A DNA stretch of 64,000 bases from Rhynchopus sp. YZ270_cl-10 (taxonomy: Eukaryota): the NCBI GenBank assembly GCA_964035575.1, contig OZ037836.1:1736001-1800000 (forward strand). The letters are read 5' to 3'. How positions within the stretch are numbered: position 1 is the first letter of the stretch; each line of letters opens with the position of its first letter. Under the pieces are notes generated by a model. That model searched no databases and was not told the origin of the DNA. It was given only the letters and a program-made list of their open reading frames with translations. The position numbers were made by a program, and so were the translations under genes. Of this stretch, positions 21,821-33,277 are shown one piece after another.

Positions 21821-24800
21821 ATGCCGAGGTTGATGTACATGCGCGAGGTTGTGCTGCTGTCTGCTGCAGTGGCAAGCCACGCTGCGTGCACAGACTACGG
21901 GACCGACGCGACGGCGTGCGGTGCTGACGCGGCGTGTCTGTGGAGCCCTGTGTGGTACCCTGGTCTGTGCACGGAGCGTTGGATTGACGAGTGTGCTGTG
22001 GTGTGTCCGACGTGTGCGGACACCGGAGGCGGGAACCTGTGCACGAAGGAGGGACAGACATGCAAGGACGTGAACACTGCGGCAGACTCGAAGGGGGACT
22101 GGGAGTGCCGCTGCCCGCCGCCGTTTGAGGAGAAGTTTGTGAAGGCTGGGCTGGCGGTGTGCAGTGTCGACGAGTGTGCGGACATGCTGGGCGGGAAGGT
22201 GAACGGGGCTGTGTGTGTGGACAACGGGCAGCTGTGCCACGACACGCACCTCGACACGCTGAACGACTTTTACTGCGTGTGCCCGCCGCCGCGGCACGGA
22301 ACGAAGACAGGGGCACCTGCAGAGTGTGTGAAGGACGAGTGCCTGCTGCACGAGGATGTGTGCAAGGGGGCAAAGCAGACCTGTCTGGACATCGACACCC
22401 AGGTGGACAACAACTGGGAGTGCCTGTGCGCACCGCCGTCGTCGAGCACGCAGCTGATGGGGGCCGCTGTGTGCGAGGTGGACGAGTGTGTGGAGAACAG
22501 GCGCATCTGCGAGGGTGCGTCGCCGCCGCAGGAGTGTGTCGACGTGGACCGCACCCGCGACGACGACTGGGAGTGCAGGTGCCAGGTGCCGGCATCGGGC
22601 ACTGCTGTGGCTGCTGCTGCGGCGTGTGTGCTTGACGAGTGCGTGGCGACGTGCGCGACGTGTGAGAAGGACCTGTGCACGAGGGCAGGACAGACCTGTG
22701 TGGACCCGAACACGGCGTTTGCGAACCAGAACGACTGGGAGTGTGTGTGCCCAGTGCCGTCGTCTGTGACTGCAAAGGTGTCTGTGGCGGAGTGCCCTGT
22801 CGACGAGTGCGTGGGACACGGCTACGTGTGCCAGGCCGAACACCAGACGTGTGTGGACCCGGACCACGGGGCGGCAAGCCTTGGCGACTGGGAGTGCCAC
22901 TGCCTGGCGCCTGCGACAGGGGTGGCGATTGCAGGCGTGGCGTCATGCAGTGTTGACGAGTGCACGAACCACGGCCACGTGTGCACAGGATACGGGCAGA
23001 CCTGTGTCGACCCCGACAAAAGTGCGGACGTGCTGCACGACTGGGAGTGCCACTGCGAGCCCCCGGCGACGCAGACGGCAGTGGCAGCGGCAGCAGAGTG
23101 CGTGCACGAGGGGGAGTGCAAGGACCCTGTTAAGGCTGGTGTCTGCGAGAGCCGTGGGCAGATTTGCGAGGACCCGGACATGACGATCTTTAACGACTGG
23201 CGCTGCCTGTGCACGCCGCCGAGCCACGGTCTGCTGAAGGTTGCAGGGCCGGCGTTCTGCATTCTCGACGAGTGTGTGGACTCGTGTACGACATGCGCGA
23301 AGGACGTGTGCAAGTCAGCGGGACAGATGTGCGTGGACGAGAACAAGGACCCTGTGCTTGGGCTGAACACATGGGAGTGCAGGTGCATTGCGCCCTCGTC
23401 TGGGTCGAAGGTCGCAGGTGCGGCGGTGTGTGTGGAGGACGAGTGCTCGTCGCACGCGTCGACCTGCACGGGTGCGGGGCAGGACTGCGTCGACCCGTCG
23501 ACAACGACGAAGGGAGACTGGCGTTGCGAGTGCAGGCAGCCGTCGACTGGGACAGCAACTGCGGGGGCGGCCAAGTGCTCGACGAACGAGTGCGACTTCC
23601 ACGAGAAGACGTGTTCCGACGTGGGACAAGTGTGCTACGACCCGGACCTGTCGGCGCAGTCGCTTGGTGACTGGAACTGCACATGTGTGGCCCCGTACTC
23701 TGGGACGCAGGTGGGTGCGGCAGCAAAGTGCCTGGTGGATGAGTGTGAGCTGTACGGACAGGTGTGCACGGCTGCAGGACAGACCTGCGTTGACGAGGAG
23801 AAGGGGATGGCAGGGTTCTGGAAGTGTGTGTGCCCGCCACCGAACGAGAAGTTCAAGCGTAACATGGGTGTGGCTAACTGCGCTGTCGACGAGTGCACGA
23901 CATGGACGAACACAAGCACCCCGTCTGCGATGCCGTCGAACGACGCGAGGGCGGTGAACCTGTGCGAGCAGGCTGGGCAGGTGTGCGAGGACCCGAACCA
24001 CGACGCGTCGTCTGCTGGGGACTGGACGTGCACGTGCCCGCCTCCGGGAAACAGGACTGCGCGTGCACACGTGGCGGCGTGTGATGTGGACGAGTGTGCG
24101 GACCCTGCGAAGGAGGCTGTGTGTGCGGCCAAGGGGCAGCGCTGCGTGGACCCGAACTGGGAGCCTGGCCACGAAGGGGACTGGACGTGTGTGTGCGTGC
24201 CGCCGTCGGTTGGGACGGGGATGCAGGCGGCGGCCGTGTGCCTGGTCGATGAGTGCAAGACCGACGGTGGTGTGTGCCAGTCAGGTGGGCAGCTGTGTGT
24301 CGACACCGATCATGCGGAGGCTGGGACGTGGGCATGCGAGTGTGTGGAGCACGCGGGTGTGACTGCGTCGGAGCTGGGAGGACTGGCAGACTGCAACCCG
24401 CCGTCGAGCGAGTGCAGAATTGATGCCATCCGTGAGGTGTGCACGTCGTCGAACCAGGGCTGCTACGACCCGGACCTGAAGGCACACAACGACTGGGTGT
24501 GCGAGTGCGTGCCGCCTGCGACGGGCCCGCAGAAGCAGGGTGAGGCGACAGTGTGTGTGCTCGACGAGTGTGCGGAGGAGTGCCCGACGTGCGGGAAGTC
24601 GGTGTGCGCGGCCGTGGGGCAGACATGCACAGATGCGAACACGGACGCAGCCTCGCTGAGCGACTGGACGTGCACGTGCCCGACACCCTCGACTGGGTGG
24701 AAGGAGGGGGGCGTGGCAGTGTGCCAGCTGGACGAGTGTGCTGCGGTGTGCGACGGCTGCCCGTCGGACATCTGCACTGCGGCAGGCACGCAGTGCCTGG

Positions 24801-27800
24801 ACACGAACAAGGGCACGCGTTCGTCCGGTGACTGGGAGTGCGTGTGCCGTGCACCTGCCCTGGGACGTGTGACACAGGGCGTGCCGGTGTGCCTGATTGA
24901 CGAGTGCGAGCAGAACGCATACAAGTGCACGAATGGACAGACGTGCGCTGATGCGAACAAGCTTGCGGCGTCTGAGGGGGACTGGACGTGCACATGCCCG
25001 CCGCCGACATCTGGGACTGCGGTGGCGAGTGCGGCAGTGTGTTTCGAGAACGAGTGTCTTGTGGATGCGAATGTGAAGACGTGCACTGCAGCGGGGCAGG
25101 TGTGCATTGACCCGAAGCCGCAGCCGACGAACAAGGGTGACTGGGAGTGCCACTGCGCGCAAGGGAAGACCTTTGCTGTGGCGGCGGCAGCAGTCTGTGT
25201 GCTGGACGAGTGTGCGGAGCAGTGCACGTCATGTGCGGACAGCGGGGGCGGGAACGTGTGTGCGAAGGCCGGGCAGCTCTGCACGGACCCGAACACGTCG
25301 CCGGAGAGCACACGTGACTGGAAGTGCCAGTGTGCGGCAGGGTCGAAGGCTGCGCTTGGTGGCCCTGCGACGTGCGAGGTGGACGAGTGCTGGCAGCCAA
25401 GCAACTTTGGTGCACACACGTGCCATGGCACACCGCGGACGACAGTCGACGGGTGTGCGTGCCAGTGTGGCTGGCAGGTGCAGGATGCGGCACAGTACCC
25501 AGGGGCACATGGCCCTGGTATTGAGGTGGGCTGTCTGGCAGGGTGCTGCAACCCGAACGTTGTGGCGTCGGGGGCGTGGTGCCTGCTGGAGCCTGTGCAG
25601 ACGACAGCCGTGTGCCAGGACCTTGTGACTGCGGGGGAGATGGTGCAGACGTGCGCGGTGCTGGTGTCGGGGGTGGCACCGGCGAACCCGGAGAACGTGT
25701 GCTCGAGGGCGGGTCAGCTGTGCGTCGACCGGGACACGAGTGCGACGAGCTTGGGTGACTGGCAGTGCGAATGCGTTGCGCCGGCGATTGGGGACCCGAG
25801 TGTCGGGAAGACTGGGTCGTGTGTGGTGGACGAGTGCGAAGCGAACGGGCAGGTGTGCTTTTTGGCGGGTCAGCTGTGCAAGGACACGGACAAGACGTCG
25901 GAGAACACGTGGACGTGTGTATGCCCGTCGCCTGCGACAGGGTCTGCGACCGGGAAGGCGGCGACGTGCGTGTACGTGGGTGAGTGCGAGACGGCAAGCA
26001 TTGCGGAGGTGTGTGCGCGGATGGGGCAGACGTGCTACGACCCGGACGCATCTGTGACTGGGAACTGGGTGTGCAAGTGCGTGGAGCCGTCGACGGGTGT
26101 GCCTGCGCTCATGACGACGGCGACGTGTGTGCTGGACGAGTGCACGGCAGAGTGCCCGACGTGTGCGGACAAGGGGTTCGGGAACCTGTGCGATGTGGCT
26201 GGGCAGCACTGCGTGGAGTCGTCGACGTCGCCTGCAAACCTTGAGGACTGGATGTGCAAGTGTGTTGGGGACGCAGTTGGGGAGTCTGTGGCGTCTGTGG
26301 CCGTGTGCACGCTGGACGAGTGCAAGATGAACAACGGGCGCCTGGCAAAGCTGTGCGGTGCGGGGGGGCAGACCTGCCACGACCCGAACAAAGCGGTGCT
26401 CGGGGGGCTGGACGACTGGGAGTGCGTGTGCCCGCCACCGCAGATCGGGCGTATGACGGGGAATCTTGCGACGTGCCTGCGTGATGAGTGCATGGAGGAG
26501 GACGTGGCTGTGGTGTGCACGGCGGCAGGACAGACGTGCCAGGACCCGAACACGGACGCACGTAGCACCGGGGACTGGACGTGCGCGTGCTCGGCGAACC
26601 CAGGTGATACACCGAAGGTGGCGGAGGGGGAGCCCGCAAAGTGCGTGCTGCCACCGAGCTCGTGGTGCGTGCAGCACGGCGACACGTGCACGTTCATGGG
26701 ACAGGCGTGTGTGCCTGCAGCAAGCATTCTGGATGCCGGCTCGTGTGCGTGCATTGCACCGCAGACAGGGCCGACGAAGGTTGGGGCGGCAACAGTGTGC
26801 ATCCTGGACGAGTGCACGGCGGTTTGTGCGACGTGTGCTGACCACGGTGCCGGGAACATGTGCACAAAGGCGGGACAGATGTGCCAGGAGGGAAGCATGA
26901 ACCCCGTGACTGGGAAGGGGGACTGGCGCTGCAAGTGTGCCGGCTCGGACATGTCGGCGGTGGCGGCAGTGGCGGTGTGCACCGTGAACGAGTGTGACAC
27001 ACCGATTGCACAGGTGTGCGCAGCTGCAGAGCAGACGTGCACAGACAAGAACACGGCCGGGGACTCGCTGAACGACTGGATGTGCGCGTGCCACGAGCCC
27101 TGGACGGGGAGCAAGATGCTCGGGGCTGCAGACTGCAAGTTTGACGAGTGCCTGTTCGCCGGGAGTGAGTGCACGGCGCTTGGGCAGACGTGCTTCGACA
27201 AGGACACGTCGGCTCAGGTGCGTGGGGACTGGGAGTGCCGCTGTGTGGCACCTGCAGAGGGGTTCGCTGTTGCGAAGGCAGCGACGTGTGTGTACACGGG
27301 GGAGTGCGAGGTGCAGGCGAACAAGGAGGTGTGCACGTCGGCAGGACAGGCCTGTGTGGACCCGAACCCGGCTGTGGCGGACGACTGGGAGTGCCGCTGC
27401 GTGTCGCCGCAGGCAGGATCACACACAAAGGCGGCAGTGGCGGTGTGCACGCTGGACGAGTGCCGTGCGACGTGCGCCTCGTGTGCGACGAAGCCAGGGT
27501 CGCAGACACACACATGCGCGTCTGCGGAGCAGGACTGTGTGGACCCGGACACGGCAGCGACGAGCATTGCGGACTGGACGTGTGTGTGCCGTGCGCCTGC
27601 GTCTGGGGAGATGGTGGGTGCGGCGGCTGTGTGCAGCGTGGACGAGTGCTACAACGCAGAGAACCGTGCGGCGTGCTCGCGTGTGAAGGACACAACAGGG
27701 GCGGAGGTGCAGCACTGTGTGGACAAGGACTACACAAAGACCGGGGACTGGGTGTGCGAGTGCATGTACCCGTACCACGGAACGGCGGGACAGCGTGAGG

Positions 27801-30800
27801 CGGCGGTGTGCCTGGTCGACGAGTGCACGGCACCGGAAGCGTGGAGCAAGAAGCCGAACGGAAACGCGGTGTGCGGGGCGCAGGGACAGACCTGTCTCGA
27901 CCCACAGCAGAGTGTGGTGTCGGAGCTTGGGAACTGGGTGTGCCAGTGTGCGGACGGGACTGGGGAGCCGAACAGGGGTGCGCCTTCGACGACGTGCAAG
28001 CAGGACACACTGTGTGCGCAGTTCGGGTCTGCGTGCGGACCACTGGAGATGTGCGTGGAGAAGGACGACACGTGGTCGTGCAGATGCATTGCGCCCTTCG
28101 TGGGTGAGGCTGTTGAGGAGGCGGCGTCCTGTGTGCTGGACGAGTGCGTGGCGGTTTGCTCGACGTGTGCGCAGCAGGGGTCGGTGCACATGTGCACGCA
28201 GGCCGGGCAGAAGTGCGTGGACCACGACAAGTCACCGGACAGCCGTTCCGACTGGTCGTGCGTGTGCGAGGTCGGGAAGGGCGAAGCTGCTCTGCACATG
28301 GCGGAGTGCATGGTTGACGAGTGCGTGCTGAACGGGGTGACGTGCGAGGGGAAGGGCCAGGAGTGCGTCGACCCGGACATGCATGCTGAGACAAGCGGAG
28401 ACTGGGTGTGCCAGTGCATTGCGCCTGCGTCTGGGAAGGCTGTGGCCGGACCTGCGACGTGTCTGCTGGATGAGTGCAACCTGTACGGCGGGAAGTGCAC
28501 AGTGGTGGGACAGGTGTGCATTGACCAGAACACGGCCCCGGCGAGTCTGAACGACTGGACGTGCAACTGTCCGGCACCTGCGTCGGGGTTCATGTACGCA
28601 GGACCTGCGTCGTGCACGTACACGGGGGCGTGCAAAGACACTGCGAACTTCGATGTGTGTGCGGACGCGGGCCAGCGCTGCTTCCCAGGGAACTCGTCGG
28701 CAGACGACTTCAGGTGTGGGTGTATGCCGCCGTACCGTGGGTCTGCTGGGGTGCGTGCCCCTGCACAGTGCATGATCGACGAGTGTGAGGACATCTGTGC
28801 AACGTGTGCGCGCACGAGCGAGAAGGGCGTGAACGTCTGTGCGGGTGCGGGCCAGCGTTGCGAGGACCCGAACCTGTCTGTACAGAGCCTGGGTGACTGG
28901 GTGTGCATGTGCCAGGCCCCGTCGACAACAGCGGCCGTTGCGCGTGCTGTTGACAGCTGCCTTGTGGACGAGTGCCTTGCCATCACCATGACAGGTGCAC
29001 GCAAGTGTGACAACTTCAAGCGCTACACGAATGACGGCTGCGAGTGTGCGTGCGGCTGGAAGGTCAGCGGCATCAGCGGCAGCGGTCCCGGCCTGGGCGA
29101 GCCCTGCAACACAGGCTGCTGCAACCCAGACAAGGCAAAGGAGGGAGACTGGTGCATTGTTGCCGACAGTGCCTTCAACAAGCAGAGTGCTGTCTGCACT
29201 GCCCTCATCAGCAAGCAGAAGACGTGTGCGAACGAGCGTGCACCTGCCCCTGCAGGCGCACCTGTGAGCGAGTTTGTCGATGTGTGTGCTGCCGCTGGCC
29301 AGCGTTGCTACGACCCGAACCACTCCCCAAGTGTGCAGGAGGACTGGGAGTGCCACTGCACAACCTCTGAGGAGTACCACATCCTTGCCCCGGCTAAGTG
29401 CAGCGTGGACGAGTGCCAGCAGGTCACAGTGTGCTCGGAGGTTGGGCAGAAGTGCTTTGACAAGAACACCGATGCGGAGTCGAAGGGCGACTGGGAGTGC
29501 CAGTGTCTGTCAGGAAGCGGGGCGAAGGACATGGCTGCTGCAGAGTGTGTGTACGAAGGCCACGACGAGTGCAAGGTTGAGGCAAACCAGAAGATCTGCC
29601 TGGAAGCTGGACAGTACTGCTTCGACGAGGACCCTGAGCTGGCGGGTGACTGGGTGTGCCACTGCACAGACCCTTACGTGCAGGAGGCACCGGGCATCAC
29701 GGAGCCTGCTGTCTGTGTGATTGACGAGTGCCTGGCGACGTGCCCGACGTGCGCAAGGAAGGGAGACGGCCACGGCTACGCCTGCGAAGGACAGCAGTGT
29801 GTCGACCCGTCAGGAACGGAGCTTGGGGACTGGCGCTGCGACTGCCTTGCCCCTGCCCTGGGCGCTGGCCTGCAGGAGCGTGCAGTGTGTGTGCAGGACG
29901 AGTGTCTCGACACACAGAACTTGCAGACGTGCACAGACAAGGGACAGGAGTGCGTGGACCTGCACCCAAGCGACACAAGCCTGAACGACTGGGAGTGCCA
30001 CTGCGTGCGACCGGCCCTGGGGTCGGCCATTGGCCACGCAGCAGTGTGCCAGATCAACGAGTGTTTGACGGAGGCACACATGCAGCTATGCCACGAGCAG
30101 GGGCAGATGTGCTTCGACCCTGACACAACAGCAGAGTCGACAGACGACTGGATCTGCAGATGCCCGGCCCCTGCTATTGGAAGTGCTGTCATGAAGCCTG
30201 CGGAGTGCGTCTTTGTTGGGGAGTGTGCGAAGCCGGAGATTGCAGCTGTGTGCATTGCGGTGGAGCAGACGTGCGTCGACACGGACGTGGCACAGGACGG
30301 GACCTGGGTGTGCAGCTGTGTGGCACCGAAGACAGGGACGAACGGGCTCATGGGCCCTGCGGAGTGTGGGATTGACGAGTGCCAGGCTGAGTGCAAGACG
30401 TGTGAGCAGGACGTGTGCAAGGAGGCCGGACAGGACTGCTACGACCCAGACGTCACGGTTGAGGGTGACTGGATGTGCGCATGCAAGGGCGGCACTGGGG
30501 ACAAGATCACGGCGGCTCCAGCAGTGTGCACGGGTGTTGTGTGTACGACGCTGGGTGCTCAGGAGTGCACAGCTGCACCCGAGTGTGTGTACGAGAGCTA
30601 CTACGGCCTTTGCGACTACGTCAGGGGGGCACCTGGGTTCAGCCGTGCACCCGTGACAGATGCTCCTGGTCGGACACTCTCACCTGACACACAGACACCA
30701 TCCACAACAGCACCAAGGACGCTCACACCATCAACGTACTCACCTGATGGCACAGTTACACCACCTGGGTTCAGCCGTGTGCCTGTGACAGATGCTCCTG

Positions 30801-32071
30801 GTAAGACACTCTCACCTGACACACAGGTACCATCCACAGCAACACCGCACACGCTCACGCCGTCAACGCACTCACCTGATGGCACAGTTGCACCACCTGG
30901 GTTCAGCCGTGTGCCCGTGACAGATGCTCCTGGTCGGACACTCTCACCTGACACACAGACACCATCCACAACAGCACCACGTACGCTCACGCCGTCAACG
31001 CACTCACCTGATGACACAGTTGCGCCACCTGGGTTCAGCCGTGTGCCCGTGACAGATGCTCCTAGTAAGACACTCTCACCTGACACACAGACACCATCCA
31101 CAACAGCAACACCGCACACGCTCACGCCGTCAACGCACTCACCTGATGGCACAGTTGCACCACCTGGGTTCAGCCGTGTGCCCGTGACAGATACTCCTAG
31201 TAAGACGCTCTCACCTGACACACAGACACCATCCACAACAGCACCACGTACGCTCACGCCGTCAACGCACTCACCTGATGACACAGTTGCGCCACCTGGG
31301 TTCAGCCGTGTGCCCGTGACAGATACTCCTAGTAAGACGCTCTCACCTGACACACAGATACCATCCACAACAGCACCAAGGACGCTCACACCATCAACGC
31401 ACTCACCTGATGGCACAGTCGCACCACCTGGGTTCAGCCGTGTGCCCGTGACAGATGCTCCTGGTCGGACACTCTCACCTGACACAGAGGTGCCATCCAC
31501 AGCAGCACCACGCACGCTCACACCGTCAACGTACTCACCTGATGACACAGTTGCACCACCTGGGTTCAGCCGTGTGCCTGTGACAGATGCTCCTGGTCGG
31601 ACACTCTCACCTGACACACAGGTACCATCCACAGCAGTACCATCAGCAGTGCTGACCGCCTCCCCAGGTGATGCAATGCTCAACGACACTGACGGACCTG
31701 CCTTAGGTTCCTCCAATACTTCAGACGACACAGCTGCCCCGACAGCGCAACCAACGACAGTGCCGGACACGTCGCCACCTGCAGGGTCGATGTCTGGTAG
31801 CGCTGCCGGTGCTGGGGAGGAGTTGGACGCCGAGAGCGACGGGGGTGGGTCTGCCGTTGGTCTGATTGTGGGTGTTGTGGGTGGTGTGCTGTGTTTGTGT
31901 GCGGCTGTTGGGGGCGGCTTGTGGTACAGACACAGTGCGAGACAGTCCAACAAGTTTGAGGATGTGCACGCACTTGAAAATGCAATCCCCTTTGGTGATA
32001 CAGCACTCTATGATTTCGAAGCAGGTGACGAGTTGCAGGCAGCGGAACAGGATGAGGCTGTGCTGCTGTGA
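21821..32071 (+). CDS. Gene B: Cys-rich EGF-like-repeat, mucin-stalk type-I membrane protein (~3416 aa)
   Basis: Within ORF 21773..32071; ATG 21821 matches paralogs. Dozens of DEC repeats, two GCCNP modules, 8 stalk units, same TM, tail ends DEAVLL. Confidence 0.9.
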   Translation: MPRLMYMREVVLLSAAVASHAACTDYGTDATACGADAACLWSPVWYPGLCTERWIDECAVVCPTCADTGGGNLCTKEGQTCKDVNTAADSKGDWECRCPPPFEEKFVKAGLAVCSVDECADMLGGKVNGAVCVDNGQLCHDTHLDTLNDFYCVCPPPRHGTKTGAPAECVKDECLLHEDVCKGAKQTCLDIDTQVDNNWECLCAPPSSSTQLMGAAVCEVDECVENRRICEGASPPQECVDVDRTRDDDWECRCQVPASGTAVAAAAACVLDECVATCATCEKDLCTRAGQTCVDPNTAFANQNDWECVCPVPSSVTAKVSVAECPVDECVGHGYVCQAEHQTCVDPDHGAASLGDWECHCLAPATGVAIAGVASCSVDECTNHGHVCTGYGQTCVDPDKSADVLHDWECHCEPPATQTAVAAAAECVHEGECKDPVKAGVCESRGQICEDPDMTIFNDWRCLCTPPSHGLLKVAGPAFCILDECVDSCTTCAKDVCKSAGQMCVDENKDPVLGLNTWECRCIAPSSGSKVAGAAVCVEDECSSHASTCTGAGQDCVDPSTTTKGDWRCECRQPSTGTATAGAAKCSTNECDFHEKTCSDVGQVCYDPDLSAQSLGDWNCTCVAPYSGTQVGAAAKCLVDECELYGQVCTAAGQTCVDEEKGMAGFWKCVCPPPNEKFKRNMGVANCAVDECTTWTNTSTPSAMPSNDARAVNLCEQAGQVCEDPNHDASSAGDWTCTCPPPGNRTARAHVAACDVDECADPAKEAVCAAKGQRCVDPNWEPGHEGDWTCVCVPPSVGTGMQAAAVCLVDECKTDGGVCQSGGQLCVDTDHAEAGTWACECVEHAGVTASELGGLADCNPPSSECRIDAIREVCTSSNQGCYDPDLKAHNDWVCECVPPATGPQKQGEATVCVLDECAEECPTCGKSVCAAVGQTCTDANTDAASLSDWTCTCPTPSTGWKEGGVAVCQLDECAAVCDGCPSDICTAAGTQCLDTNKGTRSSGDWECVCRAPALGRVTQGVPVCLIDECEQNAYKCTNGQTCADANKLAASEGDWTCTCPPPTSGTAVASAAVCFENECLVDANVKTCTAAGQVCIDPKPQPTNKGDWECHCAQGKTFAVAAAAVCVLDECAEQCTSCADSGGGNVCAKAGQLCTDPNTSPESTRDWKCQCAAGSKAALGGPATCEVDECWQPSNFGAHTCHGTPRTTVDGCACQCGWQVQDAAQYPGAHGPGIEVGCLAGCCNPNVVASGAWCLLEPVQTTAVCQDLVTAGEMVQTCAVLVSGVAPANPENVCSRAGQLCVDRDTSATSLGDWQCECVAPAIGDPSVGKTGSCVVDECEANGQVCFLAGQLCKDTDKTSENTWTCVCPSPATGSATGKAATCVYVGECETASIAEVCARMGQTCYDPDASVTGNWVCKCVEPSTGVPALMTTATCVLDECTAECPTCADKGFGNLCDVAGQHCVESSTSPANLEDWMCKCVGDAVGESVASVAVCTLDECKMNNGRLAKLCGAGGQTCHDPNKAVLGGLDDWECVCPPPQIGRMTGNLATCLRDECMEEDVAVVCTAAGQTCQDPNTDARSTGDWTCACSANPGDTPKVAEGEPAKCVLPPSSWCVQHGDTCTFMGQACVPAASILDAGSCACIAPQTGPTKVGAATVCILDECTAVCATCADHGAGNMCTKAGQMCQEGSMNPVTGKGDWRCKCAGSDMSAVAAVAVCTVNECDTPIAQVCAAAEQTCTDKNTAGDSLNDWMCACHEPWTGSKMLGAADCKFDECLFAGSECTALGQTCFDKDTSAQVRGDWECRCVAPAEGFAVAKAATCVYTGECEVQANKEVCTSAGQACVDPNPAVADDWECRCVSPQAGSHTKAAVAVCTLDECRATCASCATKPGSQTHTCASAEQDCVDPDTAATSIADWTCVCRAPASGEMVGAAAVCSVDECYNAENRAACSRVKDTTGAEVQHCVDKDYTKTGDWVCECMYPYHGTAGQREAAVCLVDECTAPEAWSKKPNGNAVCGAQGQTCLDPQQSVVSELGNWVCQCADGTGEPNRGAPSTTCKQDTLCAQFGSACGPLEMCVEKDDTWSCRCIAPFVGEAVEEAASCVLDECVAVCSTCAQQGSVHMCTQAGQKCVDHDKSPDSRSDWSCVCEVGKGEAALHMAECMVDECVLNGVTCEGKGQECVDPDMHAETSGDWVCQCIAPASGKAVAGPATCLLDECNLYGGKCTVVGQVCIDQNTAPASLNDWTCNCPAPASGFMYAGPASCTYTGACKDTANFDVCADAGQRCFPGNSSADDFRCGCMPPYRGSAGVRAPAQCMIDECEDICATCARTSEKGVNVCAGAGQRCEDPNLSVQSLGDWVCMCQAPSTTAAVARAVDSCLVDECLAITMTGARKCDNFKRYTNDGCECACGWKVSGISGSGPGLGEPCNTGCCNPDKAKEGDWCIVADSAFNKQSAVCTALISKQKTCANERAPAPAGAPVSEFVDVCAAAGQRCYDPNHSPSVQEDWECHCTTSEEYHILAPAKCSVDECQQVTVCSEVGQKCFDKNTDAESKGDWECQCLSGSGAKDMAAAECVYEGHDECKVEANQKICLEAGQYCFDEDPELAGDWVCHCTDPYVQEAPGITEPAVCVIDECLATCPTCARKGDGHGYACEGQQCVDPSGTELGDWRCDCLAPALGAGLQERAVCVQDECLDTQNLQTCTDKGQECVDLHPSDTSLNDWECHCVRPALGSAIGHAAVCQINECLTEAHMQLCHEQGQMCFDPDTTAESTDDWICRCPAPAIGSAVMKPAECVFVGECAKPEIAAVCIAVEQTCVDTDVAQDGTWVCSCVAPKTGTNGLMGPAECGIDECQAECKTCEQDVCKEAGQDCYDPDVTVEGDWMCACKGGTGDKITAAPAVCTGVVCTTLGAQECTAAPECVYESYYGLCDYVRGAPGFSRAPVTDAPGRTLSPDTQTPSTTAPRTLTPSTYSPDGTVTPPGFSRVPVTDAPGKTLSPDTQVPSTATPHTLTPSTHSPDGTVAPPGFSRVPVTDAPGRTLSPDTQTPSTTAPRTLTPSTHSPDDTVAPPGFSRVPVTDAPSKTLSPDTQTPSTTATPHTLTPSTHSPDGTVAPPGFSRVPVTDTPSKTLSPDTQTPSTTAPRTLTPSTHSPDDTVAPPGFSRVPVTDTPSKTLSPDTQIPSTTAPRTLTPSTHSPDGTVAPPGFSRVPVTDAPGRTLSPDTEVPSTAAPRTLTPSTYSPDDTVAPPGFSRVPVTDAPGRTLSPDTQVPSTAVPSAVLTASPGDAMLNDTDGPALGSSNTSDDTAAPTAQPTTVPDTSPPAGSMSGSAAGAGEELDAESDGGGSAVGLIVGVVGGVLCLCAAVGGGLWYRHSARQSNKFEDVHALENAIPFGDTALYDFEAGDELQAAEQDEAVLL
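30629..31645 (+). repeat. 132-nt mucin unit, 8 units (gene B)
   Basis: Eight PGFSR units in the translation. Confidence 0.9.
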
Positions 32072-32785
32072 TTTCTCTCTCGGGAGATGACACTTCTGGG
32101 AGGAAACTTTCCAACTTTTCAATATATGCACCATTTTTCTATTCGCGATTTTCCCCACCCCCCCGTTTTTAGAATCAACAGAGAGTGTACGTTAAGATTT
32201 CTGTGGTTGGTGTTCGTGTTTGGATGCGTCTGTAACACGACTCTGTTGCAACGGTTCCTTCTTTGGAGCTGACGCACCGGACAGGTCCTGACCAGCCATG
32301 ACCTGTTAGGGGAAATACAACCGTACCACGGATAGGTCAGAGACCCCCACCCGATGTTTTCACTTTTTTATGTGTTGACCCTCTCAAATACTTTCAATTC
32401 TGTGAACTGAAAGATATATGAATCTAATAACATTTTTCTTATCTTTTTCTCCTCCACTGACACCCCCATTTCTGTACTTCAAGTAATAGTCTTATCGACA
32501 CAGTCCGCTGTGTGGAAACAAGAAGTCAATCAAAAATAAAGGAAATGAGTGTCAGTGGTGCAATGCAAACATCTGCCGAGATGTGATCAAGTGGAACGGT
32601 TGGTATTTCGAAGCAGTCATGCAGACGCTATGCTTGTGAAAGGTACTCCCCCGTTCTACATAAGCATTTCCACCTCCCCCCCCACTCCTCTTTCGTTGTC
32701 TCGTTTTTGTTTAGTTTTTGTTTAGTTGATACTTTATTGGATCAATGTAGCCGTCAAAAGATAGTTGTCACACGGCAGACAGTAG
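32072..32785 (+). repeat. Segmental duplication of the 3' flank of gene B (copy 48075-48800; partial copy ~11175-11540)
   Basis: Near-identical sequence after both stop codons. Confidence 0.9.
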
Positions 32786-33277
32786 GAGAAAAATAAATAT
32801 GGCAACCAAATAATTTGGTGGATTTTGGGGGTTTTCTTGTAATTGGTACAATATTGATTGGTAGGATAGTGGTTCTTAGTCGCATTGGTTGAGAAGTATC
32901 TTTTATTCCCCGCAATTTTTTTGAGTTTTTGTGCCTCCCTTCGACTAACCATGTGTATTTTTGGATGGCTGCGTGCGTGGCGCGGATCTAATATTCGACT
33001 TTCTTTAATGATACGCTGCACCTGGTGCACTGAAGGGGCACCTTTTTTGTGCCTTTGTATACCAATAAGACCCACCATCCCACCAAATATCCTGGTCGCG
33101 ATAGTTTCGCAAACTTTCTTGCAGTCAACGCAGGGAAAGAATAATCAACGATGTGATACAGGATATGGGTGGTTCAGTGATTCCACAGAACCGACACCAT
33201 TGATGTGTCTCAACCAAAAACCAAATACCGACCCTCCCCCGTGAAATTGCCCCCCCCCCCCCCCCCCCCCCAATAGG

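Noticed and set aside
27221..27229. RGD motif in genes B and C
   Set aside because: Falls on the repeat consensus xGDW; probably chance.
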